This document shows, piece by piece, positions 12,558 through 24,787 of a DNA stretch of 64,000 bases; position 1 is the stretch's first letter; every line of letters starts with the position of its first letter. The DNA lies in NCBI GenBank assembly GCA_040285825.1, contig JAUPSS010000003.1, positions 2,356,001-2,420,000 on the forward strand, read 5' to 3'. A model generated the notes under the pieces. The model did no database searches. It was not told the origin of the DNA and saw nothing but the letters and a program-made list of their open reading frames with translations. A program made the translations under genes and the position numbers. The stretch is from Eukaryota sp. TZLM1-RC (taxonomy: Eukaryota > Protista > Metamonada: BaSk clade).

Positions 12558-15500
12558 ATGTCAGTCTCTCCTCGCCAGGACACTGACTGCAGCCAAATTT
12601 TTTACATTAGACAGATGCAACAGTACGACAGAAATGCTTTGAGCATACATACAACATCAACAGGGACTGAAGAGTCAAATAAAGAAGAGGACTCGGGCCC
12701 GAGACCACCCTCCGCCCCTCCTCATGAGAAAGATATGGAACCAGGCAGGGAACCACCTCCCGCCTCTTCCATGTCCAACAAACCAGATAAGGTTTCAGGA
12801 ACGGGACCATCCCCCTCCTCACCTAAAGAAAATGCTGGGTTAAGCTCGGATACTTCGTCTGCCCTAAAGGACTACAAAGAACTCCAGTCCGTTTCAGAAG
12901 AAATGGACGACGATGAAAAAGAGCTTCGCCAACAGATAATGAAGGACGCGGAAGCTCACCTTGAACCAACAGATTGCTGTTTGTTCGAGCAGCTCCCTCC
13001 CCTTTGGAAGCAAATATCAAAATCTGGTAGAAATGTGGGATTCCAGACTCTGGGCCATAAAGGGGACCCTAATAGAGTCTACGAATTCCCTTAAAATGAG
13101 AGAAGAGAACTCATAAACGCGTTTGACACTTTGAGTAGAGAGACCTATGGACGCGGGGCAGAACGCCGTCCTAGGATAACCGGTATGGATAGAGAGACCC
13201 ATGTGATTCTGGCAAAACCTATCAAAGATAGGCCTGATTGGGAAGCCATTCACTTAGATCAGTTCGGGAGAAGGAACAGGTTCTTAGCCATCGAACGAAG
13301 GAGCAGAACCGATACCGACGACATCCTCCAAACTAAATTACCGGCATGGATGGACTCGTACTTTGATACGATCATCCATAACTACTCAGAGGTAGAGGAG
13401 GGGGCTCCTTCTTGTTTCAGAGAATACATGGAACAAGCAGACAGCACAAATCCAAGTAAGTTGGATCCCGTCAGTGACTTCTTTGACGCGGACGCCCTAA
13501 ATAATAAACTTACGGAACGTTCAAGCGTATCCACATTTAGGAGCCGCCCAAATAACTTTATTCAGCAATTTGGGGAATTAACGACAAGGAAGAAGAAGTT
13601 CAGGTTCTTGGTCACGGGTGATCAATCAACAGAGCTCCACCAGAGACCTAAACTTCCTATAATTGCCCCCATTATATCTGAAAAAGAGCAACCGGTACAA
13701 GTCTGTTCCATTGACGTACTCCCTGATCACATCCCAACAGTAGATGTGACAGAACGAGCAAACAGACCTACCAGAGTGGTTCAGGGACCATCAAGTCCCT
13801 CCCAACCCATGCTCACTAGCGCATCAGAAGACGAAGTCGAGTTGAGAGGACCTAGTTTAGATGAAACACCTCCTCCTCAACCCCCTCGTAGAAGAGTTAC
13901 TTCTGAGCAGCCTCTCCGTTTGGAAGATCTTTAAGCTTCTAGAAGCATTTTGGATATGAGTATAGCAAGTAGTCTTCAGAGACATGTGGACTCTCAGCCT
14001 AGGTCAGCTGAATATAAAGCCCCTCACCTATCTGAGAAGGACCCTCTCAACAAGATGTCTCTCTTCTCCTTCCTCCTCAAATTCCAAACATGGGACAAAT
14101 ACGGGCGCAAGATAGCCAATCGAAGCTTTCAAGCCCCTGGTCAATCTTATTGGTCTCGTGCTATGTTGATAGCAACCCAAATATTTGGTTGAAGGAACGA
14201 CCCAGATTACCCCTGAGTTGTTATCATCACTCCCATCTCACATCAGAGAACAAATAGACAGGGACATGAAACAGCCACTCTTAAGGATCGACCCAGAACT
14301 GACGAAGCGTTTGGGACCTCCTATCCATCATTATGACTTATTTAGAAGTATGATGATTAGTACTTGTCCATCCGGTTTATCAAGCATGGTCGACCCCCAT
14401 CTCATCTCTAGATGGCAAGGCCAAGGACTTCTAAGACCGGACTTCTCAGACGCTGACTTAATGGTTTTTCTGCTACGCAGGACACAATTTACCTCATATC
14501 ATGAGGCTTGCTCTGCCCTAGCAAAACCATGTATAAATTGGAGAAACATCCACAACAAAGTAGATGCGGACAACGAATTTGGTAGGTTCGTCGAAGATTT
14601 TGGAGACGTCCTGAGGATGACCACTTATATGGTTGATCACTCCATATCTGCATCAATTAGGGGAAGCAGCGGTTTAATAACCCTCTCACCCGCCCTTATT
14701 GCAGAATATTTTCTCTTGGGTATAGATAATTTTGCCATTACCAAGGAGCTAGCAAGTCATTGGACAAAAGAAGATCTATGGGACCCTTCAACAGGTACAA
14801 CTTTGTTAGACCTGATTTCGACCACCAGGAGACACTTTTTAGCTTGGTGCCAAACAACAGGAAATAGACACACCATGGAACTTTTGAGAAAACAAGCTGA
14901 AAGAGAAGAAGACATCTCATTAGGCCTTTCGACCATGAATTCGTTCTCTAGAGGAGCAACTCCATCTGGTCCAGGTGCTAAACGTCGCTCGGGAGGCGGA
15001 TCCAAAGGAACTTCCCAAAACAAATATGTCCCAGAAAGACATGAACGAGAGGGATCTAAGTTCTGTACATTCTGTAACGTCACCGAAGGAAATAATCCTA
15101 TCGGTCACACGGTTTTCGAATGCAAAGACCCCCGTTGTACCAGGAGCAAGGTACCAAAAGAATTGAGGTTTAAGATCGGCGAGGCTGATCAGCCTGCGAG
15201 AAGTGGCAGCGTAGTTAGAGGCCGAGGTGGTCGTGGTAGACGTGTTTCTAGGTTTAGAAGTAGGGGCCGAGGTGGCCATTTTAGAGGACATAAAGGTAGA
15301 GGTCAGTATAGACCTATTTATTACATAAATACACAAGAGGATACATCATCAACATCATTTCCTTCTGAGAACGTGTCAGCTAGTTCGAGCATGACCTCTC
15401 ACAGACGGATTGACCGTTTCAGCAACAGGGTCAGAAATACAGGAAACTTTCCCAATCGGAAACAAATCAACGCAATCAATCATAATCAATCAATTGCCGA

Positions 15501-15639
15501 TTTCGGAAACCCAGTTAACAACTCCCCAACAGCTCAACAATTCTTACTAAATCCTCTACAATTCCACAAACCCAGCTTTGATATCAATAGTAATTTTGGT
15601 ATAAATTCTACGGTTAGTGAGAACCACAACAGATCTTAG
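12558..15639 (+). pseudogene. gypsy-1 gag (two in-frame TAA and one frameshift)
   Basis: ORFs 12558-13094, 13131-13934 and 13950-14192 share one frame; 14185-15639 follows a shift. Knuckle CTFC-x10-H-x4-C, then an RG-rich tract. Confidence 0.8.
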
Positions 15640-18491
15640 CGTTCTCCATTTCTAAGATTGGAGATTTTAATAAATAATATAAAAATGATTGCAACTATTG
15701 ATTCGGCAGCGTTTTGTTCGGTTATAACAGAAGATTTGGCTAACAAATGCAATATGTCAATTAATAGAGATGATACAATTGAGTTCTTACCAGCCAATAA
15801 CGTATCAAGTAAATCGCTAGGGAGTGCAAATGGTATTCTGTCGTTTAACGTAGGAAGCATTGCGCACCAAGTACATTATAGACATACTCTTCCCATAATC
15901 CCGGGTTCGAACAAATTATTAATAGGGATAGACATGTTAAAAACACTTGGGCTTCAGACGGATGATGGTCTTTTCATTAAATTAGACAAAGAACACCGCA
16001 CTTTGTTAAATGCAGAATCTGGATTCGACTCAAGAATCGCTCAACATTCGATTGGGACCTTAGATAACCAATCATCGAGTCCTTCCGATTTTGAGGAGCA
16101 GTTAACTAGATCTGGTTGTGAGATAAATTTAGATGATGATAATAATAAATTAAAATTAACGAGTCTACTAGGAATTTTCAGCGATGTTTTTAGTGAAACT
16201 CCAAACAGAAAAGGAATCGACTGTAAACCTTTAACAATCCCCTTTAGAGATGAGAATGCTATAGTACATAAACCTGCTAGACGATTAAATCCCAGCAAAA
16301 TGGAAATAGCAAACAAAATATTTGATGAACTGATTGAAATGGGCTGTGCAGTTGAATCTAATTATAAATTCAGCTCTCCTATTGTCTTAGTTATATATCC
16401 TGATGGCAAGAAACCCAGGCTAACTGGAGACTTTAGCGGTAAAGATGGTGTTAATGCCCACACGATTTCAGTAGAGCCTAATCTACCTAGGATTAGTGAT
16501 ATTTTAGAGTTTTTAAGTAGAGCAGATTCCATAGCCACACTTGATTTACCAAAAGCTTTGTGGCAAATGAATGTAGCTGAGAAGTACATTGAGAAAACAT
16601 CAATCTCAATCCCTGGAAGGTCAATTATGTTTAAAAGAGCTTGCTTCGGATTAAAGAACATCCCAGCAGTATTTCAAAATGTAATGATGGAAATATTCCA
16701 AATTGACGGCGTTTGCATATAAATCGATGATATTATAATAGTTGGAACGACTTTCGATGAATTCTATAAAAGATTACAAAGAGTCCTCCAATGCGCCAGA
16801 AATAGACGGGTAAATATAGGTTTACGTAAATGTAAATTCGTAACATCCAAACACTCTATTGATATTTTAGGAAGCACCTTCCAGGATAAAACCAGATTTA
16901 TTAGTAAGAAAAAATCGAAGCCTTGATGAGAATCCCTAGACCAAAATCAGTGAAAGAAATTCGCTCATTGGTAGGATCCATCAATTATATAAGAGATTGG
17001 CTTCCAGGTATTTCCGAATTAATAGCTCCAATTAATGAGTTAATTAAAGGAAAACCTAGAGTAATAAAATGGACCAACGAGCATGACGATTATCTTAAAC
17101 AAATAAAAGATTTAATAATTAATCACATGCCCCTTGAATTACCAGCTCCGGGCAAGCGCGTATTAATAAGCACTGACGCATCAGATGTAGCAGTTGGAGG
17201 TGTTATCTGGCAAGAAATTGAACCATACTCCCCTGCAGGAACCCCGCTGAATAAAAGAAAAGTGAAACCTTTGTCGTTTTATAGACTATAGTAGATTACT
17301 TACAGAAACACAAAGAAAATGGTCCACTTTACAGAAAGAATTATACGCAATACTTCTGATTTTAACTGAAAGTTGTTTAGAAAGCTACCTTTTGACTAGA
17401 CATCTAACAATTTTCACCGATCACAAAAATATTGCATTCGTGGCCACAGCCCCAGAGAAAAATAGAATTGTAAAGAGATGGCTGCCGATACTATCTGAAT
17501 TCGACTGTGATATAGTCCATGAACCAGGTGAAGATAACCACTGGGCAGATATGCTATCGAGGAATGTTGATTTAGATCAAAATGAGGAATCTCCTAAACC
17601 AGATACTTTACTTTCGAATTACGAGATACCTTCTATAGACGATGATTCTGATTCGGACTCTGAAGACATCCCATCAATTTCATTCCTCAGTAGACACCAG
17701 GACTTGCCTATTTTTTCTTCTTGGTTCTCTAAAATAAGATCTGAACAACAAATAGCCAAAAATAATAATGACCCTCTTTTTGAGAATGCAATTCTAGATG
17801 AAAATACTCAAATTTGGAAAAACAATTAAAATAAAATTTTAATTCCAAAAAGCCTCAGAAAACAGGCACTATTATTAATTCATGGATTGGTTCAATCAGG
17901 CCACCCCAGCAAAAACGACAGTCTACATAATCTGTCCAAAAGCGACTTTTTCTGGCCTAATATGAGAAAGGACCTCATAAACCACATCAAAAGATGCCCA
18001 ACTTGTCAAAAAAACGGCACCAGTTAAAAGAACAAAAACACCTTGCACAAGATCCCTTTGGGCAGATCGTCCTTTTGCTAGATTAAATGTCGACACAATT
18101 GGACCTCTGAATACCGATAGTGATGGTAATAAATACTTATTAGTATTTGTAGATTCTTTTACTGGGTATTCAATTTTAGTCCCTCTGAAGGAACTCAATG
18201 CCTTACAGACCGCAGACGCTTTGATTTGGAACGTTTGCGCAATTTTTGGCATACCTATGTTAATTCATAGTGATAATGGTCCCGAGTTCGCCGATGAGAC
18301 TTTTAAGATAGTGTGTAATAGATTAGCTATTGAGATGAGTAACTCAATACCCCACTACTCTGAAAGTAATGGACTCGTAGAGCGAAAACATAGAGACGTT
18401 CTACAATGCTTGAGGAAATTATTAATAGATTTTAATGATTACGGAAATTGGTCTACTTATGTACCCATATCCCAACTGTTAATAAATTCAA

Positions 18492-20679
18492 GGGGCATTG
18501 ACAAAACAGGTCCACCTGAGTTTTTCATTTTGCAGATTTGGGTCCATCCATAAACGCTTTTGCAAAATTGGGCCCTTGTTCTCATTCTCACTGGTGTTAT
18601 CTTCTCCATCACTGTCCTATTGTTCTTTTAATAAACTTTGTCACTTCTGTCACTGATTCTGATATTCTCTATCAATGCTAAACATACACTTTTATTATGA
18701 ACATGAACATTTATACATATCGAAAACTCAACCTCAATACTGTAACAGCTCATCCAATGGAGACAATCCAGATCCATGGATGTCAAAGTCCAGTGCTTCC
18801 ATCGTCTCCTCTTCGTGATAATGCAGCTCTTGCTCTCCTCCATCTAGATCAGCGTCTTCTTCACAACAATCGAACTCACCCTTAAGTATTGCATCAAGCT
18901 CCTCTTCATCTAACCGTTGTCTTTTCGCAGTCTTTCTTGATTGTCTACGAAATCGTTTCTTCCGTCTTCTACCAATTCTCTTTGTATAAACAGGAGGAAG
19001 AACTGTTTCCATTTTATCATCAATTTCCCAATCGTCTCTACCTCTCATTGGTCTTAATCCGATGGTATATGTGTTAACAAGGCTTTCCATCTTAAAAAAG
19101 CAACTGGTATATTCCAAAGGAGATTTCTTCTTCAAAACACAAGCGGCAACGAGGTGACAACAAGCATATCCACAATGTTTCGTTTCACCACATGTACAGG
19201 TGCCGTCTTTCAAGTCTACAACGAACACTTTCTCAAAGTCTCGAACTTCAATGCTCTCCTGTCCTTCATCTCCACAAACCAAGGCCGTAAGGTTTCTTCC
19301 TTTGGAAACGTTGACCTTCAGTTTTTCATAGACTGGTTTCACTATACCCATCGACCCTCCGTCACTCCTTTTGGACTCATCTCGTCTATCTTGAATCCAA
19401 ATTCCAATTTTTCTTCTGAGCTCGTCCATTATCGAAAGTAGAGGGAGTTCACGAACAGTTAATAACCAGGAGTTCAGGGACTCAGAGATATTGCTGGTCA
19501 AGTAACCATACCTGTCTCCAGAGAAATACGCGCTTACCCAATGATCTGGTCCAATTTTTGCCAAATAATCACTGGCTTTTGGAGAGATAATACGGATCTC
19601 TTCCCAGTGGGATTGGTATTCTGCAACTGTCAAAGCCCTAGCTGTTTCCCACACTTTAATCAATAAAGCTTTCTTTCTAAATCGTTTTGCTACATTATCT
19701 GCAAGGTGCTTCACACAATAACCATGATACTGATTGGGGAAAATGTAGCTCACAGCATCAATCAGACCCTTCTGCCGGTCAGATAAGAAAGTCCAATTAT
19801 TTGTTCTCAACAAAGCATGCAGATGTTTCAAAAAGAAACGCCATTCTCTACCGTTTTCTATTTCACAAATACCAAAGGCAATGGGATAAATTCTACCTAA
19901 CGCATCTACTGTGCAAGCAGCCAGCAATACACCACCAAAATCACCAGTTAAGTGTGTTCCATCCAGAGTGATCAGAGGCCTACAGAAGCGAATACTATGA
20001 AAAGTAGAGTTAAACGAGAGGAATAAACGTTGAAATCGTGAGGTTTGTGGACAAGTTTCGAAATGCAGTATTGAGCCTGGATTTGATCTCAAAAGCTCGG
20101 CTTTATAAGCGGGAAGAAGCTGAAAGTTTGAGTCAACAGTTCCAAAGAGATGTTCCTTTGCACGATTGAGAGCACGATAGGCCGTCCAGTACTTGACATC
20201 TTGACCTTTAGAGATTTTGAGTTCACTAATGAGATCTTTTGGCGTTATTTTAGGACGTAAGGCGACACGTTTTTGAAGGTCAGCATCTCGAGCTATCATT
20301 TTAGGTGATAGTACATTACCGCTGCTGCTGAATTCTCCTAGACATGTATGCTCCCGTGCAATGGTCACCTTCCAAAGTCTCCCACCTTTTGGAATGATCG
20401 CTCTGATATAAAAAGAACAATCAGAACAAGACCTTACGATACAGTTTGATTTTGTTTTCTTCTTTTGAATGTTGATGGCGTTTACAGCAACACAGTAGTC
20501 CTCAATTGCTGCCAACAGTAGTTCTTTACTAGGGAATGTATTGCTTAACGAAAGGCGGAAGTCTGTCAAATGTTTTATAGACGTCATTGGTAAGAAGTTT
20601 ACCGGTGGAAGGTTGTATCGGAGAAGGTCCTGTTTTTGCAAATTTATGTTGACAAGAGGTCCTTTTTTGTCAATTTCTC
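18492..20679 (-). mobile_element. Intact Mutator-like element (MULE/MuDR), 2188 bp
   Basis: 9-bp TSD TAAATTCAA at 18483-18491 and 20680-20688. Imperfect TIRs GGGGCATTGACAAAACAGGTCC / GAGAAATTGACAAAAAAGGACC. Excision restores the integrase frame. Confidence 0.95.
18734..20587 (-). CDS. MuDRA-like transposase with SWIM zinc finger
   Basis: C..CSFYIRA..W...H.C DNA-binding domain; LDGTHL, SDRQKGL, HGYCVKHL, TSNISESLN (DDE); SWIM CTCG....GYACCH. Uninterrupted. First ATG is at 20587; the track's TTG start lies in the terminal repeat region. Confidence 0.93.
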   Translation of the reverse strand: MTSIKHLTDFRLSLSNTFPSKELLLAAIEDYCVAVNAINIQKKKTKSNCIVRSCSDCSFYIRAIIPKGGRLWKVTIAREHTCLGEFSSSGNVLSPKMIARDADLQKRVALRPKITPKDLISELKISKGQDVKYWTAYRALNRAKEHLFGTVDSNFQLLPAYKAELLRSNPGSILHFETCPQTSRFQRLFLSFNSTFHSIRFCRPLITLDGTHLTGDFGGVLLAACTVDALGRIYPIAFGICEIENGREWRFFLKHLHALLRTNNWTFLSDRQKGLIDAVSYIFPNQYHGYCVKHLADNVAKRFRKKALLIKVWETARALTVAEYQSHWEEIRIISPKASDYLAKIGPDHWVSAYFSGDRYGYLTSNISESLNSWLLTVRELPLLSIMDELRRKIGIWIQDRRDESKRSDGGSMGIVKPVYEKLKVNVSKGRNLTALVCGDEGQESIEVRDFEKVFVVDLKDGTCTCGETKHCGYACCHLVAACVLKKKSPLEYTSCFFKMESLVNTYTIGLRPMRGRDDWEIDDKMETVLPPVYTKRIGRRRKKRFRRQSRKTAKRQRLDEEELDAILKGEFDCCEEDADLDGGEQELHYHEEETMEALDFDIHGSGLSPLDELLQY

Positions 20680-21079
20680 TAAATTCAACTAAAAGCAGAA
20701 AGACAGGTTTTACACCTTACGATCTAATGTTCGGATCTTCGATTAGTCCAAGATCGGACCCTGCAAACATATTAGGAAACTTATCAAAATTTGATTCCAA
20801 TATACCTTTATTAGACGATATTAAAATGAAAAATACTCGTCTGCAAGAAAAAAGGGAAGAAGCAGAGCGTCATCAATTATCAAATACTCCGATTTCAGTA
20901 GACAATACTAATTCGCGCTCTATAGTATTTAATATTGATGACTATGTCCTACGTAAAACCAAACAGAATAATAAATTACATGGATCTTGGAACGGACCCT
21001 TTTTAGTAATAGACCATCCTTCCAACTCTACTTTATTATTAAAGAATCTTATCACTGGCAGTGAATTAAAGGTGGAATT

Positions 21080-21826
21080 AAGTGGAAGGAGCAACAGGAG
21101 CGCAAACAATAGATGAAGAGGGAGGCTCTACCCTCTTGAGCTTCAACAGCTCAGATATCTTGTTGCTAGCCGAGTCAGGGTCAGGCTGGTTGATGATATA
21201 CTTCAGATATTCATCTAAAGTACTGAACTGTTCAGGACCTAAAAGGGACTCTTCAACCTCTCCTTCAGAACCAGGGGGAGGAGAAAGAGGTACAAAGTTT
21301 TCCACATTAGCGGGAGGAACAGGAAGACTGATAGGAACCACAGGAACGTCATCCGTAGATGGAGTGGAACCTTGACCCGAGGGTTGAGAGGAAGTATCAC
21401 TTCTCTCGCCACCAGAGGGTTGCTCTGTTCCCCACTGAGGAGTTTGGGAGGAAGAACTTGAAACATTGGGTTGTGTAACAGGATCTCCGGAAGGAGGAGT
21501 TAACACAGGAGGAGGAGAAGCATTGCTTCCCTCGGACCCAGTTGTCAAGGGTTGTTCTGGTCCCGACTGAGGAGTTCGGGAGGAAGAACTCGAAGAATGA
21601 GATGTAGAAGGATCAGTTCTAACAGTCTCGGAGTTGTCATTGGAACCACCCAAAGGTGATCCAATACGTATTGATGATCTGTGGGGGTTAGACATTATAC
21701 CTGAATGTAGAGTAATTTATTACAAGGGAATGAGGATTTCCTTTAACTTAAGCGCATGGGCGCAATAATACAATAACTATTAATAAACTATAAATAAACT
21801 ATTATAAATATTATCCAAGGCTAACA
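21080..21826 (-). mobile_element. 5' fragment of Ty3/gypsy family 2 (terminus and start of gag)
   Basis: Reverse-complement match to 59691-~60445 with the same terminus TGTTAGCCTTGG. ORF 21078-21695 is nearly identical to 59826-60445. Confidence 0.92.
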
Positions 21827-21959
21827 CATTCAGAAAACAGTTGCTAATTTTAAACTTACATGTTTTGTGATGAACGCTTCATCAAAATCTGTCAATGATT
21901 TAGAATGAGGAAAAATGAACTACTTGAAAAGGATAGTTGAAACAAATTCTTTCTTCAAT

Positions 21960-22665
21960 AACCAATAAGCCTGAATTGTGAAGTAAGATATGGTTTGGTC
22001 AAAACTGGAAATCCCGCTTTTGTAAACTTTTTAAAGGATATTCGTAATAGTTCTGCTGCTTCTTTTCTGTTTATAGACTTCTTTTCAAAAACAATGAACG
22101 ACTTCTGAAAATGAAGTTGTGAGCTCATCTAACCCTGAATATGACATGATGAGTCATGATTACGTGCCAACTTCATTCAAACAACAGACATTCACCTTCT
22201 TAGGGATTAATTTATATAAAATTAAGGAACACAAACAAATTCTGTAAACAAATTTATTGTTTGATGATGGAGGTATATTGAATGCGACAGGATTGGTAAG
22301 TCTGATGTTGTTTTTGGTTTTGTCCTTTGTGATGTTGCAAATGGCACGTTGGTTCAAAGAAGGTCTTGCTCTCTAGTCATCATAGAATATGACCAAGATA
22401 TAGAAAACGGAACACTATCAATACAAGTAATTATGTTCTTAAGGGATTGCCTAAGATTAAATTCAAGGAAAGACAATGAAGAGATTTGATGTCTCTGCAA
22501 GGCTCTCACGAATCCAAAACGTTATTTTCAATAGCTTACATCGGTTTTTGTATCGAATACGTATAGCAATCACGAGAAAACAAGCAGATCAAGATTATGA
22601 AGAGGAAAACGTGGCTTATTGGACTTAGTTCTGAGTTAATTTTATTCAGTGTTGCTGTTCAATCA
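21960..22665 (+). mobile_element. Degenerate REL non-LTR fragments (family A-like ~21960-22070; family B 3' end ~22500-22665)
   Basis: aatcccgcttttgtaaac matches 47873 aatcccgcttttgcaaatc; caagcagatcaagatt matches the family B 3' ends at 36101 and 51395. Confidence 0.65.
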
Positions 22666-23098
22666 ACTAACAAAGACAACAACTGATTTCGTGTAATATG
22701 GAATTAAATTTCCTGAATTTACGCACCGAAATAGTGAAAGACAATTATCATGATTCAACATAACACACACCGTTCTAGATATAACCCTTATCATTGGTGA
22801 CTGAACTAGAAAATGGCTTTTGGTGTCAGAAGTAGCGACATTGTATGTTTTGCTGTATTTGTTTCTTGTATTCATAAATTTGAATGACAATTTGCAGTTA
22901 TATGAAAAGACAATAATCAATAATTATGACATTCAACATTGATTTTGTTGAAATTATTATTTAGTAAGGTGTTAAAAAATAATTGCTTTATTATAACCAC
23001 ACTGCAATGTCTTTAGGCCTCCAAGAGAAGAAATTCAGGTGACAAAATTACAGACAATATCATCAATTGAAAAACAAAAAACTAAAAATCATTAAAAA

Positions 23099-23773
23099 TT
23101 ACCGTTTTCTAGGTTTTGACCAACCAACACTTAATATAGAATGCTCAAGCATGAAATTGTTGTACATAGCAATTGCCTTTTCAGCAGATTCCTTCTCAAA
23201 GTAGGAAACAAAAGCAAAACCACGAGATTCTCTGGTTTGTCGATCCTTAACTAAATGACATCTATCAAGGACTCCAGCTTTAGAGAACATATCACGAAGT
23301 TCAAAGTCTGTAACTTCAAGGGGAATGTTGGTAACACGGACTGTATGGGCCTCTTCTTCTTCGACGGTCCTCCTTGCAAAGCGTGGCACATATTTTCCAG
23401 AGTCTTGTTCAATTTTTTCTTCAACAGGAGCGTCCTCCTTGGGATTAGGACATTGGTAAGACATATGATCAACTGATCCACAATGTCTACATTTGATGAG
23501 GTTCTCCTTTGGCACTTCAAGAGCTTGAGCACGTTTGAGGTCCTCTTCTTTGGGTTTCAGATGAGGTGGTCGAAGATCTGCATACAGTTCTTCTCCTGGA
23601 GTAACATGACCTCCCCGCTGATTTTCGTCTAGTCCGAATATGGTCCAATGGCGTCTGGACTCAATCGCGGAATTGGTCTTTATTGTTTTGGTCGTACTCC
23701 GTATTCTTTTCGTGACTCTGTAGCGTTTTCCATCTTCCTTCTCGATTTCAGAAGTAACAGTAGAAACTGACAT
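23099..23773 (-). CDS. EIF3G: Eukaryotic translation initiation factor 3 subunit G
   Basis: AIESRRHWTIFG, Zn knuckle CRHCGSVDHMSYQCP, GKYVP, and a C-terminal RRM (VRVTNI..SRGFAFVSY..LSVGWSKP). Confidence 0.95.
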   Translation of the reverse strand: MSVSTVTSEIEKEDGKRYRVTKRIRSTTKTIKTNSAIESRRHWTIFGLDENQRGGHVTPGEELYADLRPPHLKPKEEDLKRAQALEVPKENLIKCRHCGSVDHMSYQCPNPKEDAPVEEKIEQDSGKYVPRFARRTVEEEEAHTVRVTNIPLEVTDFELRDMFSKAGVLDRCHLVKDRQTRESRGFAFVSYFEKESAEKAIAMYNNFMLEHSILSVGWSKPRKR

Positions 23774-24787
23774 CAGCTAATAGCACAGAAATGTCAAATA
23801 GTTGTAATCCGTTGAGATAACTGAAGGGTGTAGGTGAAATGAATCGAATTGGCTTTCAAATCTTCAAAGCCAGTTCAACTTAAGACCGGATTTTTTTTTG
23901 ATCTAGTGTTTTCTTTGAAATTTGTTTCAAGTATTGCTCCCATTTCTTCAGTTATGATGAATCCATGTTTCTTTGGCTTCGTCTCAGATTTTTGATGAGT
24001 TTTCAGAGTTTCTCATCTCTGTTAAACAACAATGAGTCTCTGTGAAATCAATTTCTAAATAAAAAATTAATACATAAATTTCTTTAGCTTTGATTTGCTG
24101 TTTTTATTAGGAGCAGGAGAGTTGTGGTTTGGTTTGAAGTCGTGGATCCATTTTTTTTGGTTTGATATTTTTGAGACAGTACTTTGTGAGTGAAGACTAT
24201 TCCAACTATTTTGTCGTTTCTGTTTTCAGCATGACTATATACTATGAAGTATTCCTTCTTCTGGGTCTTACTACGACAAAGTTACACTTACAAGTTTGCT
24301 TTTGGAAGAGATTAATGATCGAGATGTTGATTGTGAGGTTTTTACAAATACAAATATTTAATTCAGAAATAATTGTCAAGACAACCGAGCTATTTTTCTG
24401 GGCTGGGAACTTGAGATTTGGAGATTGAAATAAAGACTTCATCAGCATGAAAAGAATTGGTTATCATTTGGCAACTACTTTTCATTTACCCAAAGCACGA
24501 GTAACAGGATGTTTGAACTTGTTTTTGGCAAACTTTGTACACGAATTATCTACCACTAAAGCATGATCTACCAACGAGTCAACTAATTGTTTTCAACGCA
24601 ATATTTAGCAATAAAAAGTTTGTTCAAATATATGACAATCAAATGATGAATCGAAAGATCATCAAATCTACAAATTAATATCTGAAATAAACAAGTAATT
24701 CGAGATAAGAAAATGCTATTTATTGTAAAGAAAAGAATCACAAAAAACAAAAATAAGATTCTCTGGAAGAGACAAATTCCCAACATC

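Larger units (their letters stand above)
12394..21070 (+). mobile_element. Ty3/gypsy LTR retrotransposon family 1 (decayed, 3' end lost, MULE nested)
   Basis: Domain order is gag-PR-RT-RNaseH-IN. PR ATIDSAAFCSVI; RT FGLKNIPAVFQ..*IDDIII; RH STDASDVAVGG, FTDHKN, NHWADMLSR; IN GHP..C..C, DTIGPL, SDNGPEF, SNGLVER, GPF. A TGTTG...CAACA segment lies at 12394-12474. Confidence 0.93.
15640..21070 (+). pseudogene. gypsy-1 pol (PR-RT-RH-IN), interrupted
   Basis: The YIDD Tyr codon is replaced by TAA at 16720-16722, with several further shifts. Integrase resumes after the MULE (QLLINS|TKSRKTGFTPYDLMFG). Confidence 0.9.

Noticed and set aside
20541-21116. 191-aa + strand ORF as a gene
   Set aside because: It is a chimera of the MULE terminus, the gypsy-1 integrase tail and antisense gypsy-2 sequence.
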